From Antedon mediterranea (lineage: Eukaryota; Animalia; Echinodermata), in NCBI RefSeq assembly GCF_964355755.1, contig NC_092673.1, positions 29,137,648 to 29,201,647 of the forward strand: DNA of 64,000 nucleotides, written 5' to 3'. The notes under the pieces were generated by a model that was not told the DNA's origin, searched no databases, and was given only the letters and a program-made list of their open reading frames with translations. Positions 24,937-38,300 of the stretch are shown one piece after another. Within the stretch, counting starts at the first letter, position 1. Each line of letters starts with the position of its first letter. The position numbers and the translations under genes were made by a program.

Positions 24937-27900
24937 ATGCAGAAGGTCGTGCTAATAACTGGAGCAAATTCGTAAGTAAAAACGGTTTATTTTAACAGTA
25001 TGCATGCATAAATTACAGATACAAACTTCTAGGCCAAGGTGCTCTAGCCCAACCAAGCATGGATTATGATTTGTTTGGCATGCTATACGTCTGATGTTGA
25101 GGCCAAGTAATGCATGTTGGCTAGGTACCGGTTAATGTGTTTTTTTGTTATCCGTGAAAATTTGATGTGGCGTTTTCAGACAGGATAGTAGGTATTGTCA
25201 ACACACCCCCACCCCATCCATCCCCCGCCCCCTTCCCCTTCACACACCACCTAACCCGAGAATCACATATCAAAAAAGCCAAACGAACACACTGTACTGT
25301 ATGCACACACACATGGCATGGTGTGATTGCAATGGTACGATTATTATCAGTATTCTATTGTGTAAATATTTAATTCACTCTACAATGCAATGCCTGTCTG
25401 ATATATATTAATGGTATACTTCCAATAGAATGAGTGCATTTTTCTTTAAATATTAACGCACAGTTGATAGATTATAGGATAAAATGATTACAAACATTTA
25501 AAAACATTTTTTTCTCTTGAAGTGGGGTTGGCTTTAGTGTGGCTGATCGTTTGCTAGAAATTGAGCCATCTTTAACGATATGCCTAGCCTGTAGAAATCT
25601 TGCAAGGGCACAAGTGGCTAGAAGTGAATTATTAGCCAAACATGGCAGCAAGTGTACAATTGATGTTCAATCAGTTGACACAAGTGACCTGAAATCCGTC
25701 TACAAAGCTGCTGAGGAAATTAAGCAAAGGTACAAGTTTATAATGATGAAAAAGTATCACAATTAATCCCTAGAAAACAACTTTTTTGAGAATTTGCCCA
25801 CCCCAAACATGTTCCCCCTCCCTAAATTCCTAACCTTATTCAACACTGTTTCTGCTAAAGTGCCTTTTTCAAACTATAGACTAGAGTTATAATTGATTCC
25901 TCATGACAATTATTCACCCTTTTGTGGGAAAAAATAATCCTCCATATATAATCCTGTCCCCACCTATACTTATCCTCCTTTTTGTGCGCTGTCCGTAGAC
26001 AACAGTGACTTATTAGGTCTGGCGATTACTATAGTAATATTAAAATATTATTTTTATTTATTATATTTCAGATATAAATGTTTGAATTACCTGTATCTGA
26101 ATGCTGGCATCATGCCAGTGTCCACTATCAACTGGAAGGGCTTTCTAAAAGGACTTTTTTCAGTGTAAGCTTTTCATTTCTAAAAAAAAAGATAATAAAT
26201 TGAATTACATCGTAAAACCAAGACAATCTAACAACAGGATGTTAAACTCGGAGATCAACGGGTTTATCTGTCGCCGCAGAGAACATGTACATAGTACAGT
26301 ACCGTGTTGGTATTTGTCGCAGCCAGACATAAGATGAAAGGACTGTTACGAGTTCCTACTATCTTGGCAAGGCGAGCTCAGTGCCCTGTTGTTAAATTGC
26401 GATGGTAAAAACTGATATATAATTCCATAAAATTTATATAACACAATGACAGTAAAATTTAGATACTTTTCATGGATGTATTGAATGCACAAATAATATT
26501 GAAATACCATTTTTTTTTCTCACAATATCTTTAGGAGACGAGTGATTGAAATGTTTAGCACTGGTGAAGGATTACTTAGTGTGAAAGACCATAGCACAGA
26601 TGACGGTCTGAAAGCAATCTTTACAACTAACATATTTGGACATTTTGTATTGGTAACCTAAAGCTGGTCTGTTTATCTATGAAAATAGTTGGGTACTTTG
26701 ATCTGTAAGGGTGTCCTGTCAGTGGAGGACCCAGGGCCTAAAAATGGGGAAATGAATGGCTGACCTTAATTTGATGTCCTATCCTTTGCATGACATTTTA
26801 CAAAATTTAGGGGCCCTAAGATCCGCCCCTGCCTGTGTCCAGATGGTCACAACTCGTTTTAACCTTTGATAAATGTAATTATTTGTCACTATCTATAAAG
26901 TAGATACAGTATACTGTATCCCAACCACACACTTTGAATGAAAACACACAACTGCCTACAAAAGTACTAGAATTTGATTTGAGTTTCTCAGATGCTAAAA
27001 TAAATCACAGTTTTATTTTAATCTGGTGGCTATGACTTACAGTTTGTCTCCAAACTCATTTTGGCCTCCTTCTGCAATTTTTTTAACTAATGTAATTTTG
27101 TTCTTTCATTATAAATGTGTCTGTATAGAGAAACAATAAAAACAAACAGTTCAGATGAGAATATCAGATAGAATGACAAGATAGTATTTTAAAACATGTT
27201 ATTTTTGTAAATAGGTGCTTGCCTTAAAGGATTTGTTAGTCAACTCTAAGACGCACATCATTTGGACATCTTCCAGTAACGCACGCAGGTCACATTTTAA
27301 CATTAATGATGTTCAACATGAACAAGGGTATTTATTTACCTTATTTGTTTACTGCAGTAACACTCCGAGAACACTATAAAACTTCATGTGAAAAAAATGT
27401 GCCCATATATGGACATGATGATGTCATATCACTACAAAATTTGTGCATATCACTACCAAATTTGGGCACATCACACTTTTTTTTGTCAAACTAGTTTGAT
27501 AGTGTAGTGTTTTTGCATTACCTGTATTGAGGAGGTCATTTTATCTATGTTTTTTTTTAATTGAGGTGTACTGTATTTAGCAATAGTACTCAATATTTAT
27601 TTAGAGGATTTGAACATAATGCTAACAGTCAAGGCCAATTTACACAGACGATATAGAATTACAGTATATATAACCTATGTTATTCTTTGTGACCATTTAC
27701 ACACAACATGGAGCGGACGGGGTGCTTCCGTTCAGGGTAGATACAGATTCTACGCGGGACAAGCTATTCTTTTTTTTCCGCTTTCCGTTACCTCTGTGTA
27801 AATTAGTCTTTATGACAAAAATGTATTTTTTGTTTTTAGTTCCGAGCCATACAGTTCATCCAAGTATGCAATAGACTTACTAAGCCTAGCCATCAACTAT

Positions 27901-29663
27901 GAATGGAATAGCCATGGAGTGTACAGCCACATTACTTGCCCTGGTCTCTCCATCACAAATATTACAAATTCCATTTTACCAAAATGGTTATGGCGTGCTA
28001 TCACCCCTGTTATGTGTTCGGTAAGCTCTCAAAAACCTAAGACTTTCGCAAAACAATATATATGTATATGGCCGACTTCTGTCGTAAACAACAATGTCAA
28101 TTAGTCTTACATTCATCTGACTGATGACTAAAGCCAGGACTGTTTGAAGCATCATTGGCTGGTCCCAACATTGACGAAAGACTTCTCTCGTCCAGTGCCC
28201 ACCTTAACCAGAGGAGAGGCATAAGCCAATAAGTCTGAGGCAGATACTAGATGCAGGGGCTGCCATGAGTCAGCAGTGCTGATTTCAAATGCCTAAAGGG
28301 ACCCAAGCTCCATATACACCACCTGGTATTCCCAGATGGTCTCCCATCCAAGCTTTAACCAACGTTGCTTAAAGTCAATTGTTAAAACTGATGAGTCCTG
28401 ATTTATTACATTCCACCATTAAACAATATCCAGACTCATAATAAATATGAAATTATTTAGATAAAAAAAACAAATATGAAGCCTAACTGTTTTTCATTGT
28501 CCTTGCAGATGAGACTGTTTGTACCCCGAATCACACTGAGTCCTTACAACAGTGCTGAGGCATTGGTAGGTTTCACAAATATTGGCTTACAAAAAGATTA
28601 ATGTTTAGGGCTGTTAATGATGCATGACGCGAGCCCTTGCCATGCCACTATGCAATAAGTTTTAATTTATTTTTATAGAGTATTTATATGCATTTTTAAT
28701 GTTTATACAAATTATATCCAAAATGTTTTTTATCCAATCAGTGCAATAGGAGACCTACTAGATAGTGATTAAGTTCGCTTTTTAGGAATCCTGTTTCTGC
28801 CTGGTTTTTGTGTGATGTTCTTCTTTGTCCACGTTTTTTTATATTGTATTTTTATGGCGACAAAATAAATGAAATTAAATGAAACCCTACCTTCCAAGGG
28901 ATCCTTCCGCACCACTTTCTCTCCCTTTAATAAAATGATAATAAAAAACCAACATTGACTAATGTTGACTAGTGCTATGGATATTTGTGAGAAAGACTTT
29001 CTTGTTAAATAACAAGTCTGTGTGATTTTTATTGTAAGATGTGTTCATCTTTGTAGGTGTGGTTGTTTCAACAAGACCCAGCTGCTGTGGCTCAAGATAG
29101 GAAGTATATAAGCCACTGCAACGTTTTGGGAAAGAGATACACCCATGCAGAGATTGTACGTACAATGTACTATGACTATATGGGGTGAGGAGGGGGACAG
29201 AGAGCTGTGGAGGGGCGCAGGGAGCTGGTGAAGGTGGTGGGGAGAGGGACATAGAGAAGGGAGAGAGGGGGATGTAGAGATGGGAGGGAGAGGGACAGAG
29301 AGATGGGAGGGAGGGGGACAGAGAGATGGGAGGGGAACGGAGAGCTGGGGAAAGTACTTTCTGTAGTGCTTGCATAATATTCTATGCAAGAGCTATATTT
29401 ACAGTATGACATCCCAAGCACTGAAACATAGAAACATTATGTGGATTATCTAATAATAGAGGGCCTTGTTTAACAATATATACTGTACCACTGACAATTG
29501 TCTAGAATGGCCCGGGGAAATGTTTCAGGAAAACACAACATTTTACATTTGTTTTTCTATTTTTTCTTCTGTTTAGATTGATTTTGATGTGGATGAGGCA
29601 AACGAGTTGTATGAAAAATTAGCTGGCTTAGAACAAGTGTTTAGAAACCGCTTTAAAAGCTAA
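24937..29663 (+). CDS. HSD17B7: 3-keto-steroid reductase / 17-beta-hydroxysteroid dehydrogenase 7
   Basis: Exons 24937-24971, 25523-25729, 26072-26164, 26535-26652, 27215-27327, 27840-28020, 28509-28565, 29057-29155, 29577-29663. Motifs KVVLITGANSGVG, LACRN, YLNAGIMP, TNIFGHF, IIWTSS, catalytic YSSSK. Confidence 0.93.
28315..28372 (-). pseudogene. 5S rRNA-derived fragment, possibly the head of a SINE3-like element extending to about 28100
   Basis: Reverse complement contains cttggatgggagaccatctgggaataccaggtggtgta, matching the 3' half of 5S rRNA; 5' half degenerate. Confidence 0.7.
29182..29352. repeat. G/A-rich degenerate repeat (ggggacagagagatgggag) in HSD17B7 intron 8
   Basis: Repeated G-runs; source of the proline-rich spurious minus-strand ORFs. 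Confidence 0.7.
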
Positions 29664-30409
29664 TCATTGAGAAAATGATCGTAGAATTGTAAGAAAAACA
29701 TATACAGTATGTTAATATTTTTTTTTCCGGTAGAATTCGCATTCAATCATGCGATATATTATGATTTAGTTAGTCAATCAGAATTTTAAAATTATGAACA
29801 TTGGACAACTGTATAAATGAAATAAGTGATGAGTATAAGTGTGACCCGTATTTTATGTTGAGTGTGGGGGGGGGGGGGGGGGGGTTGGGGGTTGTATACC
29901 AGTTATTAGGGTACTAATAGATAGTATTAGTACCAATGACCCTTTTAATTATTCTAACATTAATTATGTGCAATTAAAGATAGACAAGATAATTTTCAAT
30001 CAAAGAAAAAACACATTTTAATTTGTTACAAAATAATCTTTTATTTCTCCAACTTACATCAAAATGCAAATAAAAATATAATGCAATGAAATGTATAGTG
30101 TGATTAAATGTTTTATTCAAAAAGAAATCTATAATAGCAAGTAAATTTGTTTTTAATAAAAATAAACAGATGAATAAGTACAATTTTGTTTCATGATTTA
30201 TTGTATCCGAGTCATTAGGAGTCATTTTGACAATTCAATTTTAATGAATGCAATGAACTCTCCCAAGAACGTACACCCTTGTTTTTCTGATTGCAATTTC
30301 CATTCAAATGAATTTGGGATCTTTTGTACATTAAGATATAATTCTAGTTTTTGAATAAGCAAGTGAACTTCATAAACTTTTATAAATAAAAAAAAAACTA
30401 TTCAAAACT

Positions 30410-31861
30410 TTATATATGCAAAACAGCCTTCTCTGCAACCTGTTTACATCCGGATATTGAATAAGCAATTCCATTCTCATGATGAAAAGTAATTTCTGCG
30501 GTAATCTTTTCAACTATTTCATCCGTAATCTTATCATTCGGCAAGTGCTGTTGCAAGACGCTATACGCACACAATTTAACATGTTCTCGTTTTAACGGAA
30601 AGAATGCTAAAATTTTACTAGATTCCGGGAAATTAAAACTTTTATCAAGATTTTCAAAATCTGGGATCACATCATCAGGATCTACTTTATCTTTCGATGA
30701 TTGTAATTCTTGCCTTATAATGTCAGTCGTGTCTAAATAGCAGTTTTCGTCAGTACAGTCCCGTAGTAAAATGTGTTCTTTACCCATCATGCTAGTTAGT
30801 ATAAGTATAGTAGATTTAACGCTTGAATCGGATAATGATTTCTGTATTTTTTGTAACAAATAATCAACAAGTTGAGGAGTAAGAATGTCCGAGTTATCAA
30901 CTATAAAAAACTCAAGAGGGCATCTTGGACTAGTTTCCTGAACGAACCAATCAATAATATCACGATTGATCTGGTCTCCTCTGCCTGTGATATGAAGGCT
31001 TGTAATAAAGCTATGAACGCAAGGACTATCTAAGCCTTTCGTAAACAGATGATTGGCGGCAGCTTCTGCTAGGAACGTCTTACCAACCCCCGGTCCACCA
31101 TGAAACGACAACACAAGAGGGCGTTCATGTTTCTCACCAGTTAACTCATTTTTCAACGCTTCCTGAATAAATTGAATTGTATATTTTTGATGGAAGAAAT
31201 TCTGCTTTAAGTATTTTTTAAACCCTGTAATGTTTATCCGTACTTCATTGTGGTCGTATGGTGGAACACTATCGGTAAATAACATGGATAAGAATAACAA
31301 TGCTAGAACGGTGAAAAACAAAAAACCTATTACGTAACACTTGTCTGCTTGTTTTGTACTGGACGGCGTCTCTTTTATTTTATCATGATAGTATTCAACA
31401 TTGTTTTCGTTTTTGGCTGACTTTTTAATCTTGCCAGAGAACGTGGCCGAGCGCCTCATGGAAGGCTTCTTGGGTTTACTCGCTGAATAATGATTGGGCG
31501 TTAATGATCTTGAACGAGGTGTATCGTTTGATTGTTTACTCATTTTAGGTGATGTATCGTCAATATGGTATGTTTTATCTTTCTTTGTTTTCGTAGCAGG
31601 AGAACGCCAAGTGCTGAATTGATCTCCTGATGAAACAGCCAACGTTTCTTCACCTGGTTTGCGGTTTCGCACAAGACCTTTGCTGATTCCGGGTTCACTT
31701 ATATTCGGAATCAATGATATTTCTGTTAGTTGCTGGTTTCTGATTTGTATGCGGCCTTTACTGATCGGAATATCACAGCAGTTGCTATGATAAATCTCGA
31801 CAGATTGAACAGGTGGTGGAGTGTCCTTCCGTTTTGGATTGTATCCCATCAAAGACATCAT
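30410..31861 (-). CDS. Torsin-family AAA+ protein, torsin-4A-like, single coding exon, type II membrane topology
   Basis: 483-aa ORF: low-complexity basic N-terminus, TM CYVIGFLFFTVLALLFLSMLF, PLVLSFHGGPGVGKT (Walker A), FFPLKREHVKLC, and torsin C-terminal YSISGCKQV. Putative 5' UTR exon donor at 32290/32289. Confidence 0.88.
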   Translation of the reverse strand: MMSLMGYNPKRKDTPPPVQSVEIYHSNCCDIPISKGRIQIRNQQLTEISLIPNISEPGISKGLVRNRKPGEETLAVSSGDQFSTWRSPATKTKKDKTYHIDDTSPKMSKQSNDTPRSRSLTPNHYSASKPKKPSMRRSATFSGKIKKSAKNENNVEYYHDKIKETPSSTKQADKCYVIGFLFFTVLALLFLSMLFTDSVPPYDHNEVRINITGFKKYLKQNFFHQKYTIQFIQEALKNELTGEKHERPLVLSFHGGPGVGKTFLAEAAANHLFTKGLDSPCVHSFITSLHITGRGDQINRDIIDWFVQETSPRCPLEFFIVDNSDILTPQLVDYLLQKIQKSLSDSSVKSTILILTSMMGKEHILLRDCTDENCYLDTTDIIRQELQSSKDKVDPDDVIPDFENLDKSFNFPESSKILAFFPLKREHVKLCAYSVLQQHLPNDKITDEIVEKITAEITFHHENGIAYSISGCKQVAEKAVLHI

Positions 31862-32383
31862 CAGTTAGTCTGTTTATAAATATACAATATAGAATAATTT
31901 ATGAATAATAATTATTGTTTATGCCAAGCAAATTGGCAGTGATATTAGATTTCCACCACAGAATTGCCGTACTCCATTGTATATAACATGCTATAGTGCA
32001 GTTATTTTATTAGCATGTGACCCACAATCGTTTAATAAAATAAGAATCTACTGTCGTGTTATGTATAAAAATTTAATTAAGACAAACTGCGAATGGTACT
32101 GTACTACCGTACTACTACTGTAGTATACTACTGTATTTACTAATCAATTCAACAAATAAAATAATATTGAATGCAATGAATATAAAGATTCTATATCTAA
32201 ACAATGGTGATAAATAGTGTAAACTATATAGCTACAATTATCTACATTTGTATAGATGCACATTGCTACAAAACTGAAAATGTACTTACCCAAAAAACAG
32301 TAAACTGTTACCAAGTCTATCCTTTCTACCAAAAAACAATCATGCTTAACCTTTGAACTTTCAACTTTGACGATTCGAAAAAA

Positions 32384-35300
32384 ATGGCAGCCTCCATGTC
32401 GATGAGACCTCAGCAGTTTCCAGCTGATGTAAGTCACAATTTTCATGTATTTTTACAAGCAATTACAATGAATGTTTTGAAATGTATTACATTTCAACGG
32501 ATCACGTATGATTTAAGCTATTTGTAATGTTCTAGGTTGTAGCTAGGCCGGAGCTACCGGTGCTAGGCTAGGGCTACGGTGTTGATTGAGACTATTTATA
32601 GCGATTGAACCGTGTCCGGATCCTAGTGAGAGTCGTTTCGCCCGAGATGAAACGAGTTAGATGTTCAGAGTTCGATTTTTTTTACAGAATTTCTGATATT
32701 TTAATTTTCTTCTCAGGACATATCAAGCCATGTTAGAAGTTTTGTGAAGGGATGCAATATTCGGACTGGTCAGAAATTGACCAGTGTAGAGCATGCTCGT
32801 TGTGCCATCCAACTCCTACGAACGCTACCCTCTGCTAGAGCTGCCGTCTTTGAACACCTTTGTAATGTGTTCAATGAAAGTGTCAACACGCACCTATGTG
32901 AACTTGAGGGAGAAGGTTTATTTTATTTCTTTTTAAATTTTTTTTCTACAAAAACATGCCCTAAAAATGCTATTATTATCTATCTAAATACCATAGAAAA
33001 GAGTGTTTATTTATTTAGTTAATAAACATAAAAAAAAACTTTCTCTATCCTTTAGAAACTCTAAATGGCATGAAATAGAACACTGTCGTGTAATGGCATT
33101 GATGCGTATTATATTGTATATATATACACCCATGAATGGGCTGAGGGTGCTATAAATTGCATTTTTGAAAGTAAATAATTAATTTTAATTTTGTTTACAG
33201 CAAAAATTGGGCCATGTTTAGATGAGGCTATACATGAAGTATATTTAGTGTTGATTGACTTTGTTAATGCTAACTCAAACACATGGGCTTCTATTGTCTT
33301 TTCAGTAAGTTTAGTTTTTTATTTTATAAATACATTTAAGGTATTTTCTATGACTTTTTTTTTATCTAGATTCTTATAAAATTGACTCTTAAAATTTCTT
33401 ATCTTTTTCAGTGGTCGATTGACCTCTTAGGTCAAGTGAGTAAGAAATACGCACTACGTCGTGGTGTTCCACATTCATCAAACCTAAATGAAATTCTACA
33501 GTTGTGGATGACTTGCAAAGGTGAAGAATTGAATTACAACAAATTAACAAAAACAAGTACATTCTTACCCCACATTGTTCACCAGTAATTCCAGACACAA
33601 AGCAGCCTTTCCCCTATGCACAGGGGTAGCAATTATAGCCTTCTGGAAAATCTCCAGCCCAGTACTTCAAACACAACAATGTATCTTCAATGTTGCACAT
33701 GGTAGCATAATGAATATTATATAACACCTATATAAATTCCTGTCATTTGATTGGACGAATGTGGGTCACATGGCGTGCAATAGTACGCACTATTCAACGA
33801 TCGTTAAATAGTACTTTTTGAAACATTTTTGTGTACGAAAAAAAAACGTCTAGATGTTATATAAAACAAATAATGAATGTTTTGTATTCGTGTAATTTGC
33901 CTCGTTGATATAACCTTTCATCATTCACCTCGTGCCATTATTTGTACCATTGCACTCATAAACATTCATTATTTGTATATTATTTCCGAAACATAAATTT
34001 CACATAAGAATTACTGTAATAACCAAACATATTGAGCCTTGTATTCCAGTGTGTAGCTAAGCTAAACTACTGTACATGTCATGCATCAATGAACTCTATG
34101 TGCTTGTACTGTTCTCAGCTATTGAGCCTTGTATTCCAGTGTGTAGCTAAACTAAACTACTGTACATGTCATGCATCAATGAACTCTATGTGCTTGTACT
34201 GTTCTCAGCTATTGAGCCTTGTATTCCAGTGTGTAGCTAAACTAAACTACTGTACATGTCATGCATCAATGAACTCTATGTGCTTGTACTGTTCTCAGCT
34301 ATTGAGCCTAATTTGCATACTATTACAGATGTATATTTTTAAACAAAATGTTATTTGTATTTTAAATTGAAAGGATATTCATTTTTAAAGCTATTATTAG
34401 TGACATTGTCATCACTGGTACTTTACTATTAAAAACAAATTTACAATTTTTTATTTCTCCTCCAATTTTTGATCTCATATTTGATATTGACATTTCATAT
34501 TCATTAAATGTTATTAAATTTTTTTTTTATTGCCTATTATTTTCTATTATCTCATTACTTTAATAAAATGCAAAAAATAATGCAAACTTTTAAAATATAT
34601 TGAATTATGAAATATTGAATAATATATTCTTTCTTTATATTTGTTTTTAGCAACAAGGACCCTGATGGATTTGTCCACACAGTGTATCTCCAATATGATT
34701 GCCACCTGTCCTGATCTGTGTGTTGATGCTTTACTTGATGCGTCTGTTACACACTCCCCTCATTTTGATTGGGTTGTTGCTCATATTGGGTCAGTTTTAC
34801 AGTTGGATTTTAGATTAAAAGGTTTTAATAATAAAGATTATGTAAAAGTAGTGAAGCCATAGGTGGTTAACGTTTATTTATATATTTTTATTTATTTATG
34901 TGCTTGTAACATGCTGGCCTTCAAATCCCAAGGTCTGGGGTTCAATCCTGACCTAGTGCCAGGGTTGTAACTCACGACTCTTTCAACTCCACTCCCTAAG
35001 CCTCATGATAAATTATTAAATAGTTTAATTATTTAAAAAATATAAAAAATTTTATAAAAATTATATTTAAAAATGTAGATTTTTACGGCGTATTGGAGTG
35101 TTATACGACAGCTATGCTTGCTGGTGACTGGCTCAGTATATTTAATATTTTACTACTGTGCATTTTTATTCATTTTTTTATACGTATATCTCTTCTGTAG
35201 GTCTTGTTTTCCTAATACTATTATTACCAGGGTGTTAGCTTGTGGCCTAAAAGACTTTTGTGACACACAGTCCGAGGCCACGGCAGGAGCTGATCAGAAG

Positions 35301-38300
35301 GTTCCAAAGATGGCGTCGGTCGTTGGGATTCTGGGACATCTGGCCAGCCAGCACTCTCAAGATATTCGCATAGCATTGCTTGAGTTATTTCAGGTAAATT
35401 GTTGATTCTATTACATTGTGATAGATGTACAGTTTATTAAGTAGACAGTAGTGGTGTTGTGGTGGTGGTGGTGGTAATGGGTTGTAATGGTGGTAGTGGG
35501 TGGTGGAGGTGGTGGTAATGGGTTGTATTGGTGGTAGTGGGTGGTGGCGGTGGTGGTAATGGGTTGTAATGGTGGTGTTAGTAGTAATCAGTGGTAGTAG
35601 TGCCAAGTAAACCATATATCTGATGTCTTGAAGACACATTTCCTTTCTAAATTTGTTTGCAGGAAAGTCTAACAAGTGAAAATGAGCAGCAACTGCAGAC
35701 GGTTCCATTTTTGCTTCATCTTGCCACCATGTCCGTCATGCTACTCAAAGTCATCACTACGGATTTTGTACAGTCACGTAAGTTTGTAGTGGAGCTGTAG
35801 ATTGGTTGGTAAAGATCTGTCTACACTATCAAACTAGTTGGACAAAAAAAGTGTGATGTGCCCAAATGTGGCAGTAATATGCTCAAAAATGGTAGTGATA
35901 TGACATCATCTATACATAGGCACATCACCTTTTTTGTCACATCAAATTTGATAGTGTAGACAGAGCTTTATTGTGCCTGCTTGCGTTTCATTCCCAAGGT
36001 CCAAAGTGTCAAGGTTGTATCTCACAACTGCAAAACTTCCCTTCACTAGGCCTCAAATTATAAGAACGATATAGTATATTGATCCTAATTGGCGAGTTTA
36101 GTTGCTGAATTTGAAAAGAAAAAGTTGTTCTATACCATATCTATCAATATCAAATAGAGGAATAATCACTACCAAAAGAGTGATGTAAATATGGTTACAT
36201 TTTAAAAGTTGTTCTCCTTTTCCAGTAACTCCCTCAGTACTCAACAGGCTGTCGGAACAATTTTCCAAATCTGCGATAATTAAACGAGATCAAGAAAGTC
36301 TAATACATGTGGTCATACACCTGATATGCAAATCAGGCAATGGTGCTTTTAAGTTGTTGCAGTTTCTGTTGGAGACTGCCTCCAGGAGTTCTCATAGTGA
36401 GAGTGGAGATGAGAAAGTGAACGTGGTTGTACAGGATACTTGTTCCTTAGTGCTGGTAAGATTATAACTAACATGGTAACCATGGTTGCATGGTAACCAT
36501 GGCTATATGGTAACCATGGCTATATGGTAACCATGCAACCATGGTAATCATGGCTATATGGTAACCATGGCTAAATTGTAACCATGACTACATTGTGAAG
36601 TACAAGTTAATTGCAATACAGAGGTCTACAGCTTTAAAAATGAAATATAGGGAGGCTTTATCAAAGTGCAACCAAACCATAGAGTGTGCTATAATTGTGT
36701 TTAAATACAGTACATCCAAACATTGAGGGCACTATTATAGAATCTCATGGCTTCATTATCTAGTTAACAATGGCTATGAAAAGATGCTTTCCAAATGTAG
36801 TCTATACAGGCGTGCATTGTGGAAAATGCATTGTCAACATATTTTTCACCTTTATTAACCAAAAGAGCCTAAATAGTAAATTTATAGGGATGGTTTTTTT
36901 TATATTCAAAACAATTGGGAGACTTGAGATCGCTCAAAATATCAGGAAATTACAGTGTTTATCAGGGTATGCAAATATGACTCATTGTGGTGGGGAAATG
37001 CGTAGTGGGAAATAATGCTGCAACTACTGTACATCATCCAATGCCAAATTAAAGTGAATAATTCAAAATGTAAATGTACAAATTTCATTTACATTTTAAG
37101 GATCTATTGCTGCTTGACTTACAAAGATCAGTTTACAGTAAGACTGGTAACATTGTACAAAAAAGTAGGAGTGACGATCACACAGAGATACCCTTCTTAG
37201 AAGATTTACAGAAACACACTGATGTACTCTGTAAGGACATCTTGAAAACAGACTCCAAAAGGTTTGTATTCTGTAATGTATAGGTATTCTCGTCGAATAT
37301 GTTCATAGGAGTGGAGTTGTGGCTTGGTGGTTATGATACTTGGCTACCACTCTAAGGGTCCTGAGTTCAAGTCCTGTCACATGTCAGATGTCACATTTCT
37401 AATAACAAATTACAATTCCACTCCCAAAGACTTGTAATAAGACTTTGTTATGTAGAGCATCTTGTCTATGTTTATCTAATGTAGTTTTAAAGCATACATT
37501 GTTAATTTCAATGTAATCTCTCCTAAATATGGATGTTTAGATTTGGATAATTATGTCAATAATTTAAATCTAATCTATTAATTATTAAACTAATCTATTT
37601 ATCCATTTAATCTATATCCGTTTCATTAACTGTATTATTTGTTTGTAGTTGGTTACAGCGTTTATTATGCCTAGTGGCTGTACACTGCGGTGAAAGTTGT
37701 GCCTCAGATATACTTAGTTATATACTTGTGAATCTCAATGATCCGCAAAAGGTAAATCTTTTAAAAATTACTTCTATTCTATAAAGCTCTGTCTACATTA
37801 TCAAAGTGTGATGTGCCAAAATATGGTAGTGATATGCCCAAATATGGTAGTGATATGCCCAAATATAGTAGCACGTCACATTTTTTTTGTCGTCACATAA
37901 ATTTTGATAGTATAGACAGAGCTTTACGCTACATTCACTCATGTTCCGCTTCATGGAAAACCATCTACAAGATTGTGAAACGGACCAAGTGCAAACGTAG
38001 CTTAAAAAGTAGATATCTAATGGACTAATAAATGGATTAATAAACAAATTAGGAAATTGTATATACATTATAATGGATATCATAATAATAATATTTAAAA
38101 CATTATTTTTTTATCCCAAAGGCAAGTCTATTTATAGAACTTCAAGCTGAAATGGAAGCTACGTTTCCAGAAGTTCTTGATAAAAGTATAAAGAAAGCTG
38201 TTAGTCACATGCAACATATAGACACCGCTACTGTAAGTACATATAGACACTGCATGCTACAGTAAGTACATATAGACACTGCTACAGTAAGTACATTATA

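Noticed and set aside
28959-29421. Three overlapping proline-rich minus-strand ORFs
   Set aside because: Antisense to HSD17B7 exon 8 and a G-rich intronic repeat
29866-29890. Long G homopolymer as a G-quadruplex element in the HSD17B7 3' region
   Set aside because: Simple homopolymer of unreliable length with no further support
34032-34370. 112-aa Cys-rich repetitive ORF
   Set aside because: Product of a 90-bp intronic tandem repeat with no splice or homology support
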